A stretch of 64,000 nt of DNA from an uncultured Verrucomicrobiae bacterium (GTDB taxonomy: Bacteria > Verrucomicrobiota > Verrucomicrobiia > Palsa-1439): assembly GCA_963812605.1 (NCBI GenBank), contig CAWEWF010000005.1, forward strand, positions 160,001-224,000. The letters run 5' to 3'. Shown here piece by piece: positions 1 through 9,668 of this stretch (position 1 is the stretch's first letter; every line of letters begins with the position of its first letter). The position numbers were made by a program, and so were the translations under genes. The notes under the pieces were generated by a model. It was not told the DNA's origin and ran no database searches. It saw only the letters and a program-made list of their open reading frames with translations.

Positions 1-89
1 CCGGTTCGGCATAACCGCAATGAACGCTGCAAAAGCACGTTAGTATAATGATTACGAAGTATCTCATCGCTAGGTGGAGGCGTGCATGT

Positions 90-221
90 CTATTTCTTCT
101 CAAACGCGGTGTCAAACGCATGCGCGCTCGGCTTGAAGTTAAGCTTTTTGACGAAGGCGCAGGCTTCCTTCGCGCCGTGCTCGCGATCCATGTGGCTGTC
201 TCCCCACTCAACCGACAGCGG
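90..221 (-). repeat. Diverged second copy of the last 44 codons of the sugar-phosphate isomerase gene (copy of 496-627)
   Basis: Hand alignment of 90-221 with 496-627 is ungapped, with 23 mismatches in 132 bp. It encodes [43 protein letters not shown] versus [43 protein letters not shown], and has no start of its own. Confidence 0.92.
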
Positions 222-292
222 GACACTTGCCTTCAATTACTTCGTCCAAGCGCAGAACAATTGGCTCGGTGACCCGTTCCTGCTTGTTTCTT

Positions 293-499
293 TTACACCG
301 CCGCCTTACGCCGGCGCCGAATCTGTGCGCTTAGGTCACGGACGGAGCATTTGGCCAGATGCTTGTGTCGCTCCTTCGAATAATCGCCACGCCCGTTCCC
401 GAACAACTGGAGAAATCGAACCATGCCAACCGGGCCAAGTTCTTCTGCCAGGGCCTTCAGTCCGTTTGCCCGAATCTGCTCCATTGTGTAGCGCTTCAT
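293..499 (-). CDS. Small hypothetical protein, putative antitoxin-like (family usually adjacent to PIN toxins)
   Basis: 68 aa with the motif [32 protein letters not shown]; ATGA overlap with the stop of the upstream gene. Confidence 0.7.
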   Translation of the reverse strand: MKRYTMEQIRANGLKALAEELGPVGMVRFLQLFGNGRGDYSKERHKHLAKCSVRDLSAQIRRRRKAAV

Positions 500-1497
500 T
501 TTTTCTCAAATGCCGCATCAAACGCTTGTGCGCTCGGCTTGAAGTCGAGTTTCTTCACGAAAGCACAAGCTTCCTTCGCGCCGTGCTCGCGGTCCATGCG
601 GCTGTCTTCCCATTCCACGGACAGCGGGCCCTTGTAGCCGATGTCGTTCAAGGCGACGATGATCTCCTCGAAGTTGATGTCACCGTGGCCGAGGGAGCGG
701 AAGTCCCAGTAACGGCGCGGGTCGGCAAAGTTCGTGTGACCGCCGAAAACACCGACCGTGCCGTCGCCGTGTCCCCACCAGACGTCTTTCATGTGCACGT
801 GATAAATGCGGTCGGCAAAGCGGCGGATGAATTTCACATAGTCCACATGCTGGTAGCCGAAGTGGGACGGATCGTAGTTGAAACCAAATTCCTTGCGGCC
901 TTTCAGTGCGGCAACCGCCCGCTCGGCGCTGGCAATATCAAACGCGATCTCGGTGGGGTGCACTTCGAGGGCGAACCGCACACCACAGCGTTTGAACTCG
1001 TCGAGGATCGGGTTCCACATCTTTGAAAAAAGCTCGAAACCATCGTCGATCATCGCCGACGAGACGGGCGGAAACGAATAGAGCAGGTGCCAGATGGAGC
1101 TTCCGGTGAAGCCATTAACAACCTTGACGCCGAGGTTTTTGGCGGCCTGTGCGGTACGCATCATTTCTTCGGCGGCGCGCTCGCGGACGTCCGCGGGTTT
1201 GCCGTTGCCCCAGATGTGGGGCGGCAGGATGGACTTGTGTCGGTCGTCGATATTGTCGCACACGACCTGGCCGACTAGGTGGTTGCTAATTGCCCAGGTC
1301 TTCAATCCGTGTCGCTTGAGGATCTCATGGCGCGTGTCGCAATACGCCTTCGACTTGGCGCCCTGGCGCACGTCAAAGTGATCGCCCCAGCAGGCCAATT
1401 CCAGCCCGTCAAAACCAAAACTCTTGGCCTTCTGGCAGACGGTTTCGAAAGAAAGGTCGGCCCATTGGCCGGTAAAAAGTGTGACGGGTCTGCCCAT
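496..1497 (-). CDS. Sugar phosphate isomerase/epimerase (xylose isomerase-like TIM barrel)
   Basis: [15 protein letters not shown] start; [33 protein letters not shown] and LSVEWED metal-binding motifs. Confidence 0.9.
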   Translation of the reverse strand: MGRPVTLFTGQWADLSFETVCQKAKSFGFDGLELACWGDHFDVRQGAKSKAYCDTRHEILKRHGLKTWAISNHLVGQVVCDNIDDRHKSILPPHIWGNGKPADVRERAAEEMMRTAQAAKNLGVKVVNGFTGSSIWHLLYSFPPVSSAMIDDGFELFSKMWNPILDEFKRCGVRFALEVHPTEIAFDIASAERAVAALKGRKEFGFNYDPSHFGYQHVDYVKFIRRFADRIYHVHMKDVWWGHGDGTVGVFGGHTNFADPRRYWDFRSLGHGDINFEEIIVALNDIGYKGPLSVEWEDSRMDREHGAKEACAFVKKLDFKPSAQAFDAAFEKK

Positions 1498-1576
1498 GAT
1501 TATCGCCTCCGTGTGATTCGCGTTGAACTCGCTATGGCACGAGTGATAAACAAGGAACCGGCCCTTTTCAAGCATC

Positions 1577-2374
1577 ATGTTTATCGATAGCCACGCGCAT
1601 CTGTGTTATCCCGATTTTGCGGAGGAACTGCCGCAGGTCATCGGGCGCGCCCAGGCGGCCCGTGTGACGCAGATCGTCAGTATCGCCACGGATTTGGAGG
1701 CCGCGCGCAAGACGTTGGACATCGCCAGGCGGTTTGAAGCGGTGTCTGCCGCGGTAGGATTACACCCCGGGGAGGTCCCGAATGTCTCGCTCTGTGATAT
1801 GAAGGAGCTTGCCCAACTGGCCGCGGAACCGAAGGTCGTGGCGATTGGCGAAACGGGCCTGGATTATTATCGCGAGGCGAAGGACGACGCGGCGTTGCGG
1901 CAACAGCAGAAGGATTTGTTCTGGGCGCAGCTTGAGTTGGCGAAGGAACGCAAGCTGCCGGTGGTGATCCACAATCGCGCCGCCGAGGCGGACATCCTGG
2001 AAATCCTCGGCGCCCACGCCGAGAGCCTGCCGAAAGAATGGCGGCCGTGGGGCGTGATGCACTGTTTTTCGGGAGATGAGAAGTTTGCGTTCGACTGCAT
2101 CGAGATGGGGCTGCTGATCAGCTACACGGGCATCCTGACTTTCAAGAACGCAACGGCGCTTCGCGACGTGGCCCGGAAAGTGTCGCTCGACTACGTGATG
2201 CTCGAGACCGATGCGCCGTACCTGGCCCCGATGCCGCACCGCGGGAAACGCAACGAGTCGTCGTACCTGCCGCTGATCGCGGAGATGCTCGCACAGGTAA
2301 AAGGTGCTAGTGTTGAGGAAATCGCGCGGGCGACGACGGCAAATGCAAAACGGCTGTTTCAGTTGCTGCCCTGA
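1577..2374 (+). CDS. tatD: TatD family DNase/hydrolase
   Basis: [29 protein letters not shown] and [10 protein letters not shown] motifs. Confidence 0.93.
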   Translation: MFIDSHAHLCYPDFAEELPQVIGRAQAARVTQIVSIATDLEAARKTLDIARRFEAVSAAVGLHPGEVPNVSLCDMKELAQLAAEPKVVAIGETGLDYYREAKDDAALRQQQKDLFWAQLELAKERKLPVVIHNRAAEADILEILGAHAESLPKEWRPWGVMHCFSGDEKFAFDCIEMGLLISYTGILTFKNATALRDVARKVSLDYVMLETDAPYLAPMPHRGKRNESSYLPLIAEMLAQVKGASVEEIARATTANAKRLFQLLP

Positions 2375-2413
2375 GGTCAGAGGCCCGGGCCCAACCAATC
2401 GGGAGGTTCAGTT

Positions 2414-2989
2414 ATGTTCGGCATGCTCGTGGTGTTCATATTTGTCGGGATTGTGGCCTTTCTGATCTTCGGACTTCCGTTAATACACAAGATCGGAGGA
2501 AAAGCCTCTGGTCTATTTATGCCATCGGACGCAACCATGCGAATCGACCCCGAGTACAGTTTGGCCGAGGCGCGCGTGAACGAAGGGAAATATCAAGAAG
2601 CCGTTGACGAATATCGAAAAGTCACCGCCAAGCATCCGGACGATATCCATCCGCATCTTCGCGTGGCGGACCTCATGTTGAAACATTTCAACGACGCGAA
2701 AACCGCGGAACTGGAGTTGCTCTCCGCGCTTGCAAAGGCCAGGGGCGAATACTCCACGACACTGGCGACAGGTCGCTTGGCCGATCTTTATCAACACACA
2801 CTGCATGAACCCGGCCGCGCCTTGGAAGTAATGAAACAGTTGCGTGAAAAAATCCCGGGCACGAAGCAGGCGAAACTGGCGGAAGAACGCATTGCGATCC
2901 TCGAAGGAATCGTTCACCGCGGTGAACCGTTGCCAGAATCGCCCGGCAAGATCACCGCCAGGCCGTCACGCTTCAAGTTGACGGAATAG
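2414..2989 (+). CDS. Membrane-anchored TPR-like protein
   Basis: N-terminal TM helix, TPR-like AEARVNEGKYQEAVDEYRKV, GGAGG RBS upstream. Confidence 0.7.
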   Translation: MFGMLVVFIFVGIVAFLIFGLPLIHKIGGKASGLFMPSDATMRIDPEYSLAEARVNEGKYQEAVDEYRKVTAKHPDDIHPHLRVADLMLKHFNDAKTAELELLSALAKARGEYSTTLATGRLADLYQHTLHEPGRALEVMKQLREKIPGTKQAKLAEERIAILEGIVHRGEPLPESPGKITARPSRFKLTE

Positions 2990-3748
2990 CCGCCCGAAAT
3001 ACAGCAGCGTGGTGTAATCGAAGGAAATCTTGCCGCTGATCTGGTGCCTGTCGAAGAGCGCGCGCAACGCGTCGAGCATGGGCTGATGGTTCGGATGACC
3101 CGGCTCGGGTGTGTAAGAGGACGATAGCAGCCGGCCTTTCAGCCCGCTCCAGTCGAAGATTTGTTGATTGTCGAATTTTCTCAGCGTAAACGGCTGCGAA
3201 GCGAAGAACGCCGTGATCGCGTCGGTATCGACATTCCGATGATCGACCGCCACGTAGTCGGTGCCGTACTGCTGTAACAGGCCCTCATACGCTCGCAGAA
3301 AAGGGGAGGTATCCGTCAGGCGTTCGTTCCAGATCAACGCGACCCAACCGTTCGACCTGAGAATGCGCGCAAACTCTTTTCGGGCCCGCTCGCGGTCGAA
3401 CCAATGGAACGCCTGGCCAGCCGTGACGAAATCAACTGAAGAATCCGCCAAAGCTGTCGCCTCTGCCGTTCCATTGACGCTAGTGAAACCAGGATATTTG
3501 TCCAACAGTCGCTCGCCCGCTTCCCGCATCTCACGGTTCGGCTCCACACCAAACACCCGATTCCCATTCTTCAGGAACAACTGGGATAGAATGCCAGTTC
3601 CAGACCCGATGTCCGCAACCGTTGAATTCGGCGTTAGCCCGCATTCCTCGGCGAGTGTTGTTATGACGCCGGTTGGATAACCCGGCCGATACTTGGCGTA
3701 GTTTTCCACACGACTGGAGAAGCGGAGAGTGGGGTCGATCATCGACAA
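2966..3748 (-). CDS. Class I SAM-dependent methyltransferase
   Basis: RFSSRVENYAKYRPGYP, ADIGSGTG, VTAGQAFHWFD. Confidence 0.9.
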   Translation of the reverse strand: MSMIDPTLRFSSRVENYAKYRPGYPTGVITTLAEECGLTPNSTVADIGSGTGILSQLFLKNGNRVFGVEPNREMREAGERLLDKYPGFTSVNGTAEATALADSSVDFVTAGQAFHWFDRERARKEFARILRSNGWVALIWNERLTDTSPFLRAYEGLLQQYGTDYVAVDHRNVDTDAITAFFASQPFTLRKFDNQQIFDWSGLKGRLLSSSYTPEPGHPNHQPMLDALRALFDRHQISGKISFDYTTLLYFGRLFRQLEA

Positions 3749-3767
3749 CGGTGAAGCCGCCGCCTCG

Positions 3768-4160
3768 TCAATACGCGAGGGTGAGCTTGTAGCGCAGGAT
3801 ATTGCCGCAATGGACCGTGTCGATGGTGGTCTTGCTGCGCCAACCTTCGCAGGACTTTTCGCCGCTCACCGTGGTCCGCTTCGCGGCAACGGCTTTAGCC
3901 AGTTCCTCGGTGAGGTCGAAATCACCGCGAATACATTCGCCATTGGGGCAGTTGAAACGAAAGACGGATTTGGCGTTGGTGAGGTTCACCGTATACTTGA
4001 CCTGGCTGGTCTTGGAGGTGCCTTCCGCGTCGTAGAAACTCAGGTCCACGGTCAGGGACTTCAATTTCGCGAAGCGGGCGGCGAGACTGAGGGAATCCTT
4101 GACGCGCTGGCTTTCCAGTTCACGGTGTTCGAAGCGGGCGCCTGTTCTTTGTCGATACAT
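3768..4160 (-). CDS. Hypothetical Cys-rich (possible Zn-binding) protein
   Basis: 130-aa ORF with CPNGEC and later C...HC; codon usage typical of neighbours. Confidence 0.6.
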   Translation of the reverse strand: MYRQRTGARFEHRELESQRVKDSLSLAARFAKLKSLTVDLSFYDAEGTSKTSQVKYTVNLTNAKSVFRFNCPNGECIRGDFDLTEELAKAVAAKRTTVSGEKSCEGWRSKTTIDTVHCGNILRYKLTLAY

Positions 4161-4263
4161 GGAAGTGCAATTCTGTTTACTGCGTTAGGCCACAAGAGTA
4201 CCACAAAAACGCACCCCTGTCTGTAACAATCGCAGCGGCGATCCGTGCCCGCAGATGCCGCCT

Positions 4264-5544
4264 TTACAGGCTCTTAAAGTAGAACCCGGCGGCTTCGGCG
4301 GCGTGGCGTTGAAAAAGGTTCTTGATGTCGATCAGCACCGGCGGGGACATTTTTGCTTTTAGCTGGTCGAGCGTGAGGGAACGGAAGGCGTTGTGTTTGT
4401 TGGCAACGAGAACGCAGTCGCATTGCGGCACCTTGTCAAATTCGACGTTCTCGATGCCGAAATACTTGCGGACGGTGTCGGCGGAGAGCAGCGGATCGCA
4501 GCCAAGCACCCTCACGCCAAACCCTTGCAGGTAGGTGATGGTGCTGTGGACCTTGCTGTTGCGGATGTCCGGCACGTTTTCTTTGAAAGTCAGGCCCAAA
4601 ATCAGCACCGTCGCGCCTTTAATCGGCTTGCCGACGTGGGCGATGCCCTTGATGACCATTTCGCCCACATGGACCGGCATGGAATCGTTGATCTGGCGTC
4701 CCGCGAGAATCACCTGCGGATGATAGCCGAACTGTTGGGCGCGGTAGGTGAGGTAGTATGGGTCGACGCCAATGCAATGGCCGCCGACCAGGCCGGGGTG
4801 GTACTTGTGGAAATTCCATTTCGTGCCCGCGGCCGCCAGGACTTCCTCGGTGTTAAGGCCGAGATGCGCGAAGATGAGCGAAAGCTCGTTCATGAGCGCA
4901 ATATTCAGGTCGCGCTGGATGTTCTCGATGACCTTCGCCGCCTCGGCGGTCGCGATACTGGGCGCGTGGTAAACACTTTTGGCAACGAGCGAATAGAGCG
5001 CGCCGACTTCCTCGAGCGTCTCGGCGTCGCAACCGCTGACGATCTTGACGATCTTATCGACCGTGTGCTCGTGATCGCCGGGATTGATGCGTTCCGGCGA
5101 ATAGCCAATCTTGAAATCGCCGAGTTTCAATCCCGATTTCTCTTCGAGGATGGGCAGGCAAACTTCGTCCGTGACACCGGGATAGACGGTGCTTTCAAAA
5201 ATGACGATCGAACCCTTGCTCAGGTTCTCGCCCACGATGCGCGAGGCGCTGATGACCGGTTCCAGGTCGGGGACGTTGGCCTTGTTCACGGGTGTGGGCA
5301 CCGCGACGATGAGGTAACGGCATTCGCGGAGCGCTTTCGGGTCGGCGGTGAAGTGGATGTTGGAATTCTTCAGGTCGCCGCCGAGCGTTTCGCCGGTGCG
5401 ATCGACGCCCTGCTGGAGTTCCTCGATGCGCCGGGTGTTGATGTCGTACCCGACCACGGTCATGTGCCGGGCGAAGGAGACTGCCAGCGGCAAGCCAACA
5501 TACCCGAGACCGACAACGGCAACTTTACCTTCAATCTTCCTCAT
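4264..5544 (-). CDS. Nucleotide-sugar (UDP-N-acetylhexosamine) dehydrogenase, TviB/WbpO-like
   Basis: GLGYVGLP, ESTVYPG, YSPERINPG, GGHCIGVDPYYL, GLTFKENVPDIRNS. Confidence 0.92.
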   Translation of the reverse strand: MRKIEGKVAVVGLGYVGLPLAVSFARHMTVVGYDINTRRIEELQQGVDRTGETLGGDLKNSNIHFTADPKALRECRYLIVAVPTPVNKANVPDLEPVISASRIVGENLSKGSIVIFESTVYPGVTDEVCLPILEEKSGLKLGDFKIGYSPERINPGDHEHTVDKIVKIVSGCDAETLEEVGALYSLVAKSVYHAPSIATAEAAKVIENIQRDLNIALMNELSLIFAHLGLNTEEVLAAAGTKWNFHKYHPGLVGGHCIGVDPYYLTYRAQQFGYHPQVILAGRQINDSMPVHVGEMVIKGIAHVGKPIKGATVLILGLTFKENVPDIRNSKVHSTITYLQGFGVRVLGCDPLLSADTVRKYFGIENVEFDKVPQCDCVLVANKHNAFRSLTLDQLKAKMSPPVLIDIKNLFQRHAAEAAGFYFKSL

Positions 5545-5601
5545 GATGTCCCATCGTTACTGGAGAAATAGCAGGTCGCGTGCTGGAAATCCAGCCCGTG
5601 T

Positions 5602-7608
5602 TCACAGGTGCGCGACATTCACCTGGTGAACGCGGCTTGGATTCAGCATCCCCGCGAGCAAAATGCGCAGGGTATGATAGGTTTTCACGTCAATCCGATG
5701 ATTGGCGACAGGCCCGGCCAGCGACTTCACATCCACAATTTTGTGCGTTTCCGGGTCGAATTCCGCCTTGACGACACCATCCTGATAGCGCGCGGTCGGC
5801 CGCGCCTTGTCGAGCGCCAGGGAGTACGTCTTTCCTTCCATGCGACCAACAATTTCCGTCAGCCCGTTCCGTTTGGCGATGTAGAAGCCGTCGCGGGCGT
5901 TATCGAGCCACGCGGCGCGGTCGGCAAAGAAACTCGGCTTTTGGATGAACGGCCCGCCATACTCCGGGCAGAACGTATCGCAATTGCCGCACTCGTTGCA
6001 CCAATCGGCGAAGTTGGCGATCTGGTGTTTCTTCTCGATCTTCAGCGTGCCGCTATCGGCCGGTTGAAGATGGCCGCCATTCCAGGAATAATTCGTGAAC
6101 GCGATCTCGACGGGGTCGATTTCGTAGTAGAAGTTTGCGTCGTTCGGACAAACGGGAATGCACTTGTCGCAATTGATGCAATCGTAGAGCCACAACTTTG
6201 AATCGATGCGTTTCGGGATCGAGTTGTTCTTCTCGAACGAGTAACGCCGGTCGGCCAGGGTGCGGCTGCCAATGGGGCCGATGTTGAGGAAGCCGGCGTA
6301 GTTGACAGCCGCGTCATGGTTTCCGCCGGTACTTTTCGCGTGCTCCAGCGCCGTGCGTTCATTGCCTTCGCGCTTCCGGATGAAGTCGGCGATATTTATG
6401 ACACCGAGATTCTTCATTTCCTGTTCGAGATTCTTGAGGTACTCGAAGAAACGTCCGAAACCCCCGACCTTCAGCAAATCGGAGCAGGTCGTGATCGGGA
6501 CGAAACCGCACGCGACGCAGTTGGCGAAGTTATGTTTGTCCACGCCCGCCGAGAAACTGATGGGGCAATCCGCGCCGTAGCTTTGCCGCCAACGCTCGAC
6601 GAGCCGCAACGTGATCACATGCAGCGGCAGGCCGCTGAGATACATGATCTCGTCCTTCGGGAAGAAAGTCTTGTGGTTGACGACTTCGAGCGTGTTGCTG
6701 AATTTCGCGCCAACGCTCAGTCCCAGTTTACGGCCTGTCTCCTGCAAGCGGCGCACCATGCTGATGCTTTCATCGAACTTCAAGCCGGCATCGATTGCCT
6801 TTTCGTTGACGTGGATGTCTTTGAAGCCGAGATCTTCATGCAGCAGATGATTCAACTCGTCCAAACCAAGCATCGTCGGATTCATTTTCACCATGACGTC
6901 CATCCCGATTTCGGTCAGGAGGAAGTGGCAAATCTTTTCGATCTCTTCCGGCGGGCAATTGTGGAAGGTCGAGAGCGTGACGGTGTTGGAGATCTGCTCG
7001 GGGTAGGGGAGGTCGCGGAATTGTTTCCAGCGGTCGGGGATCTGCAGGCGCAACTTGTCGATATACTTCTTCGCGTTGCGCAGGCTGTCGATGAATTTGC
7101 GGATTGGCTGGCTGGAAATCCCGGCCAAATCGTAGCCGAGACTGAAGTCATAGATCGTCGATGTCTTGTCGAACGGGCTCGGCGGAAACTCCAGGAGGTT
7201 GCTCGCCTTGAGCATTTCGATGAGCATCATGCCCGCCACGTATTCGTGGAGGGATTCCTGCAGCCGCAATTCCTGGGAAAATTCGATGTTGTAACCGACA
7301 TTGGTCATGTCGATGCACGGGCGATTGATGACCAAGTGATCGTTGATCTGCACGGTCTTGAGTTCGAGGATGCGCGACCCGCCGAGCCAGCTCAGCACGA
7401 TGTTCTGCGCCATCTGCGTTTGCGGGCCGGCGGCGGGGCCGACGGGCGTGGCCGCGACTTTGCCGTGGAACTTGACGCTCGTATCCAGCGCGGGATCAGG
7501 CACGTACATCTTGCGCAGCGGCAAATCGAAGATGGTTTGCTGCTTCTCGGGCTCGAGAAACATCCGCTTCACAAGATCGGAAAAAGGAGATGGATGCAGG
7601 TCCGCCAT
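5602..7608 (-). CDS. YgfK-like Fe-S oxidoreductase (N-terminal YgfK barrel plus 4Fe-4S dicluster, no central flavin/NAD(P) module)
   Basis: GPAAGPQTQMAQNI, ELKTVQ, VKMNPTMLG, KFSNTL, SFSAG; C-terminal CINCDKCIPVCPN and CNECGNCDTFCP. Confidence 0.8.
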   Translation of the reverse strand: MADLHPSPFSDLVKRMFLEPEKQQTIFDLPLRKMYVPDPALDTSVKFHGKVAATPVGPAAGPQTQMAQNIVLSWLGGSRILELKTVQINDHLVINRPCIDMTNVGYNIEFSQELRLQESLHEYVAGMMLIEMLKASNLLEFPPSPFDKTSTIYDFSLGYDLAGISSQPIRKFIDSLRNAKKYIDKLRLQIPDRWKQFRDLPYPEQISNTVTLSTFHNCPPEEIEKICHFLLTEIGMDVMVKMNPTMLGLDELNHLLHEDLGFKDIHVNEKAIDAGLKFDESISMVRRLQETGRKLGLSVGAKFSNTLEVVNHKTFFPKDEIMYLSGLPLHVITLRLVERWRQSYGADCPISFSAGVDKHNFANCVACGFVPITTCSDLLKVGGFGRFFEYLKNLEQEMKNLGVINIADFIRKREGNERTALEHAKSTGGNHDAAVNYAGFLNIGPIGSRTLADRRYSFEKNNSIPKRIDSKLWLYDCINCDKCIPVCPNDANFYYEIDPVEIAFTNYSWNGGHLQPADSGTLKIEKKHQIANFADWCNECGNCDTFCPEYGGPFIQKPSFFADRAAWLDNARDGFYIAKRNGLTEIVGRMEGKTYSLALDKARPTARYQDGVVKAEFDPETHKIVDVKSLAGPVANHRIDVKTYHTLRILLAGMLNPSRVHQVNVAHL

Positions 7609-7710
7609 AGGGTTACTTCTGTCAATTGACTTTACGGTTTCCCTTGCCGTAGTCTAGCCAAAACTTGGCGTGAAGCTGACCCGACTGACCAAAGTCGCCC
7701 GCGGAGAACT

Positions 7711-9144
7711 ATGAGCAATCATTTCGTTTATGGACCGACATTCGCGGAAATGCGCGATCCGTCGCGCATCAAACCGGACGTGCGCAGGCAGGCGCTGGCG
7801 CTCAAGCGCAAGGACCCGCTGCGTCCGCTGAATCTGTTCAACATCACCTGGAAGCAGGACGACCTGAGCATTCCGCATGTGGTGCTGCCGCGTGAGTTGA
7901 CGGGGCTCGACGCCAATATCGTCGTGATGATCGCGCTCCATTTCCCGACGGGCGCGCACAAGGTCGGCCCGGCGTACAGTTGCCTCATCGAGAAACAGAT
8001 TGCGGGCGAACTCCAGCCCGGCCGCGACCGCCTGGTGTTTCCCTCGACGGGCAACTACGGCATCGGCGGCGCGTGGGTCGGGCCGCGCATGAATTACGAG
8101 TCGCTCATCGTGCTTCCCGCCGAGATGAGCGCCGAGCGGTTCCAGAAGATCGAATCCTACGGCGCGCAGGTCATCAAGACGCCGGGCAGCGAGAGCAACA
8201 TCAAAGAGATTTACGACAAGGTGAACGAACTGCGTCGTGACGCGAAAAACAAGATCCTCAATCAATTCGCCGAGTTCGGGAATTATCGTTTCCACTACGA
8301 TGTCACCGGCCACGCGGCGCAGGAAGTGGTTGCCGGCTGTAGCCGCGGCGTGAGCCGCGGTGGGAAGACCGAAGCTCACGCTTCGGCTACAGGAAAGGGG
8401 AAGCCCATCGGAAATGGCCGTGTTGCCGCCTTCGTCTCTGCGATGGGTTCAGCGGGGACGATTGCAGCGGGCGATTACTTGAAGCAGCAGTTTTCCGATT
8501 GCAAGATCGTCGGCCTTGAACCGATCCAGTGTCCGACTTTGTACAACGCGGGCTTCGGCGCGCACGCCATCGAGGGCATTGGCGACAAACATGTCACCTG
8601 GATTCACAACGTGCTGAACATGGACTGGCTCATCTGCATCGACGACGAACAATGCTTGAAGGGCCTCCAGCTTTTGCAGGAAGGCAGCGACGTGCTTATC
8701 GCCGCCGGCGTGAAGGCCGATGTGGCGCAGGCGTTCGTGGACACATTCGGTGTCAGTTCCATCTGCAACATCCTCGGCGCGATCAAGACCGCGAAAGTCC
8801 TGAAACTCAAGAAGGGCCAGAACGTCGTCACCATCGCCACCGACGGTTTCGATCGCTATCCATCTGTCATCGCGCGCCTCAACAAAACCGCCGGCAAAAT
8901 GTCGAAGGACGAAGCCAAGCGGCGGTTGGACATCTTCCGCAAAACCGACGTGAGCGACTGGGTGCAGGAAGGCACGCCGTTCCACCGCCAGCGCTGGCAC
9001 AACCAGAAGTACTACACCTGGGTCGAGCAACAAGGCAAAAGCGTCGAAGATCTCCGCGCCCTCGCCAAGCCCGAATTCTGGTTGAAAGAGCAGGCGAAAA
9101 CTGCTGACCTTGATAAGAAGTTGGCCAAGGCGAGAGGATTCTGA
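7711..9144 (+). CDS. PLP-dependent enzyme, fold type II (cysteine synthase/threonine synthase superfamily)
   Basis: FPTGAHKVG (PLP lysine), PSTGNYG, GSAGTIAAG, IEGIGDKH. Confidence 0.88.
   Translation: MSNHFVYGPTFAEMRDPSRIKPDVRRQALALKRKDPLRPLNLFNITWKQDDLSIPHVVLPRELTGLDANIVVMIALHFPTGAHKVGPAYSCLIEKQIAGELQPGRDRLVFPSTGNYGIGGAWVGPRMNYESLIVLPAEMSAERFQKIESYGAQVIKTPGSESNIKEIYDKVNELRRDAKNKILNQFAEFGNYRFHYDVTGHAAQEVVAGCSRGVSRGGKTEAHASATGKGKPIGNGRVAAFVSAMGSAGTIAAGDYLKQQFSDCKIVGLEPIQCPTLYNAGFGAHAIEGIGDKHVTWIHNVLNMDWLICIDDEQCLKGLQLLQEGSDVLIAAGVKADVAQAFVDTFGVSSICNILGAIKTAKVLKLKKGQNVVTIATDGFDRYPSVIARLNKTAGKMSKDEAKRRLDIFRKTDVSDWVQEGTPFHRQRWHNQKYYTWVEQQGKSVEDLRALAKPEFWLKEQAKTADLDKKLAKARGF
8338..8391. repeat. 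REP-like inverted doublet (GTAG + hairpin) inserted in frame in the PLP enzyme gene
   Basis: TGTAGCCGCGGCGTGAGCCGCGGT GGGAAG ACCGAAGCTCACGCTTCGGCTACA, 54 bp; same family as 29772-29835. Confidence 0.85.
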
Positions 9145-9156
9145 GAAACCCAGATC

Positions 9157-9576
9157 ATGTTAGATCCAGAATTGGAGAACGAAATCGTCAGACACCTCGG
9201 GGATGGTCAACGTCCTGAAGAGTTGATCGTGTTTGTGTGCAAGCGCACGGGAATGCAGTGGGACAGGGCAAAGGAAGAAATTCTACGGGTCCGAGGCCGA
9301 CGCGACGAGGAGATTCAACGGCGTTGGAAGCGGTTTGCGGTGGGCATTTGGATTCCCACGTTTATTGCGGGTTGTCTGGGGACGGCTTGCGGATTGGTAG
9401 GTATAATTACGGACCCATTGGGATTCTCAATAAAAGCACTTCTTCATTCTAATTACACACTTGCTGTTTTTGGAGGAGGGATTCTGGCGCTGGGAGGCTC
9501 ATTGATGGCATTGTTCGGAAGAGGTGGTCGGACGCGCGAGTCTAATCTCGACAAAAGCGTTTCGCGCACACGATGA
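9157..9576 (+). CDS. Hypothetical membrane protein
   Basis: 139 aa, N-terminal helical domain and two TM segments. Confidence 0.65.
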   Translation: MLDPELENEIVRHLGDGQRPEELIVFVCKRTGMQWDRAKEEILRVRGRRDEEIQRRWKRFAVGIWIPTFIAGCLGTACGLVGIITDPLGFSIKALLHSNYTLAVFGGGILALGGSLMALFGRGGRTRESNLDKSVSRTR

Positions 9577-9668
9577 GGTGTCGCCGGCGATTCTGAGTTA
9601 GAACCGAGCTCTATCCGGCCAATAATTGACCTTTCTTGGAGAAATGCGCCGTGTTCCAAGAACCGCCA

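Noticed and set aside
90-627. DGR template/variable repeat pair
   Set aside because: Mismatches are mostly synonymous and not adenine-specific, and there is no reverse transcriptase in the window.
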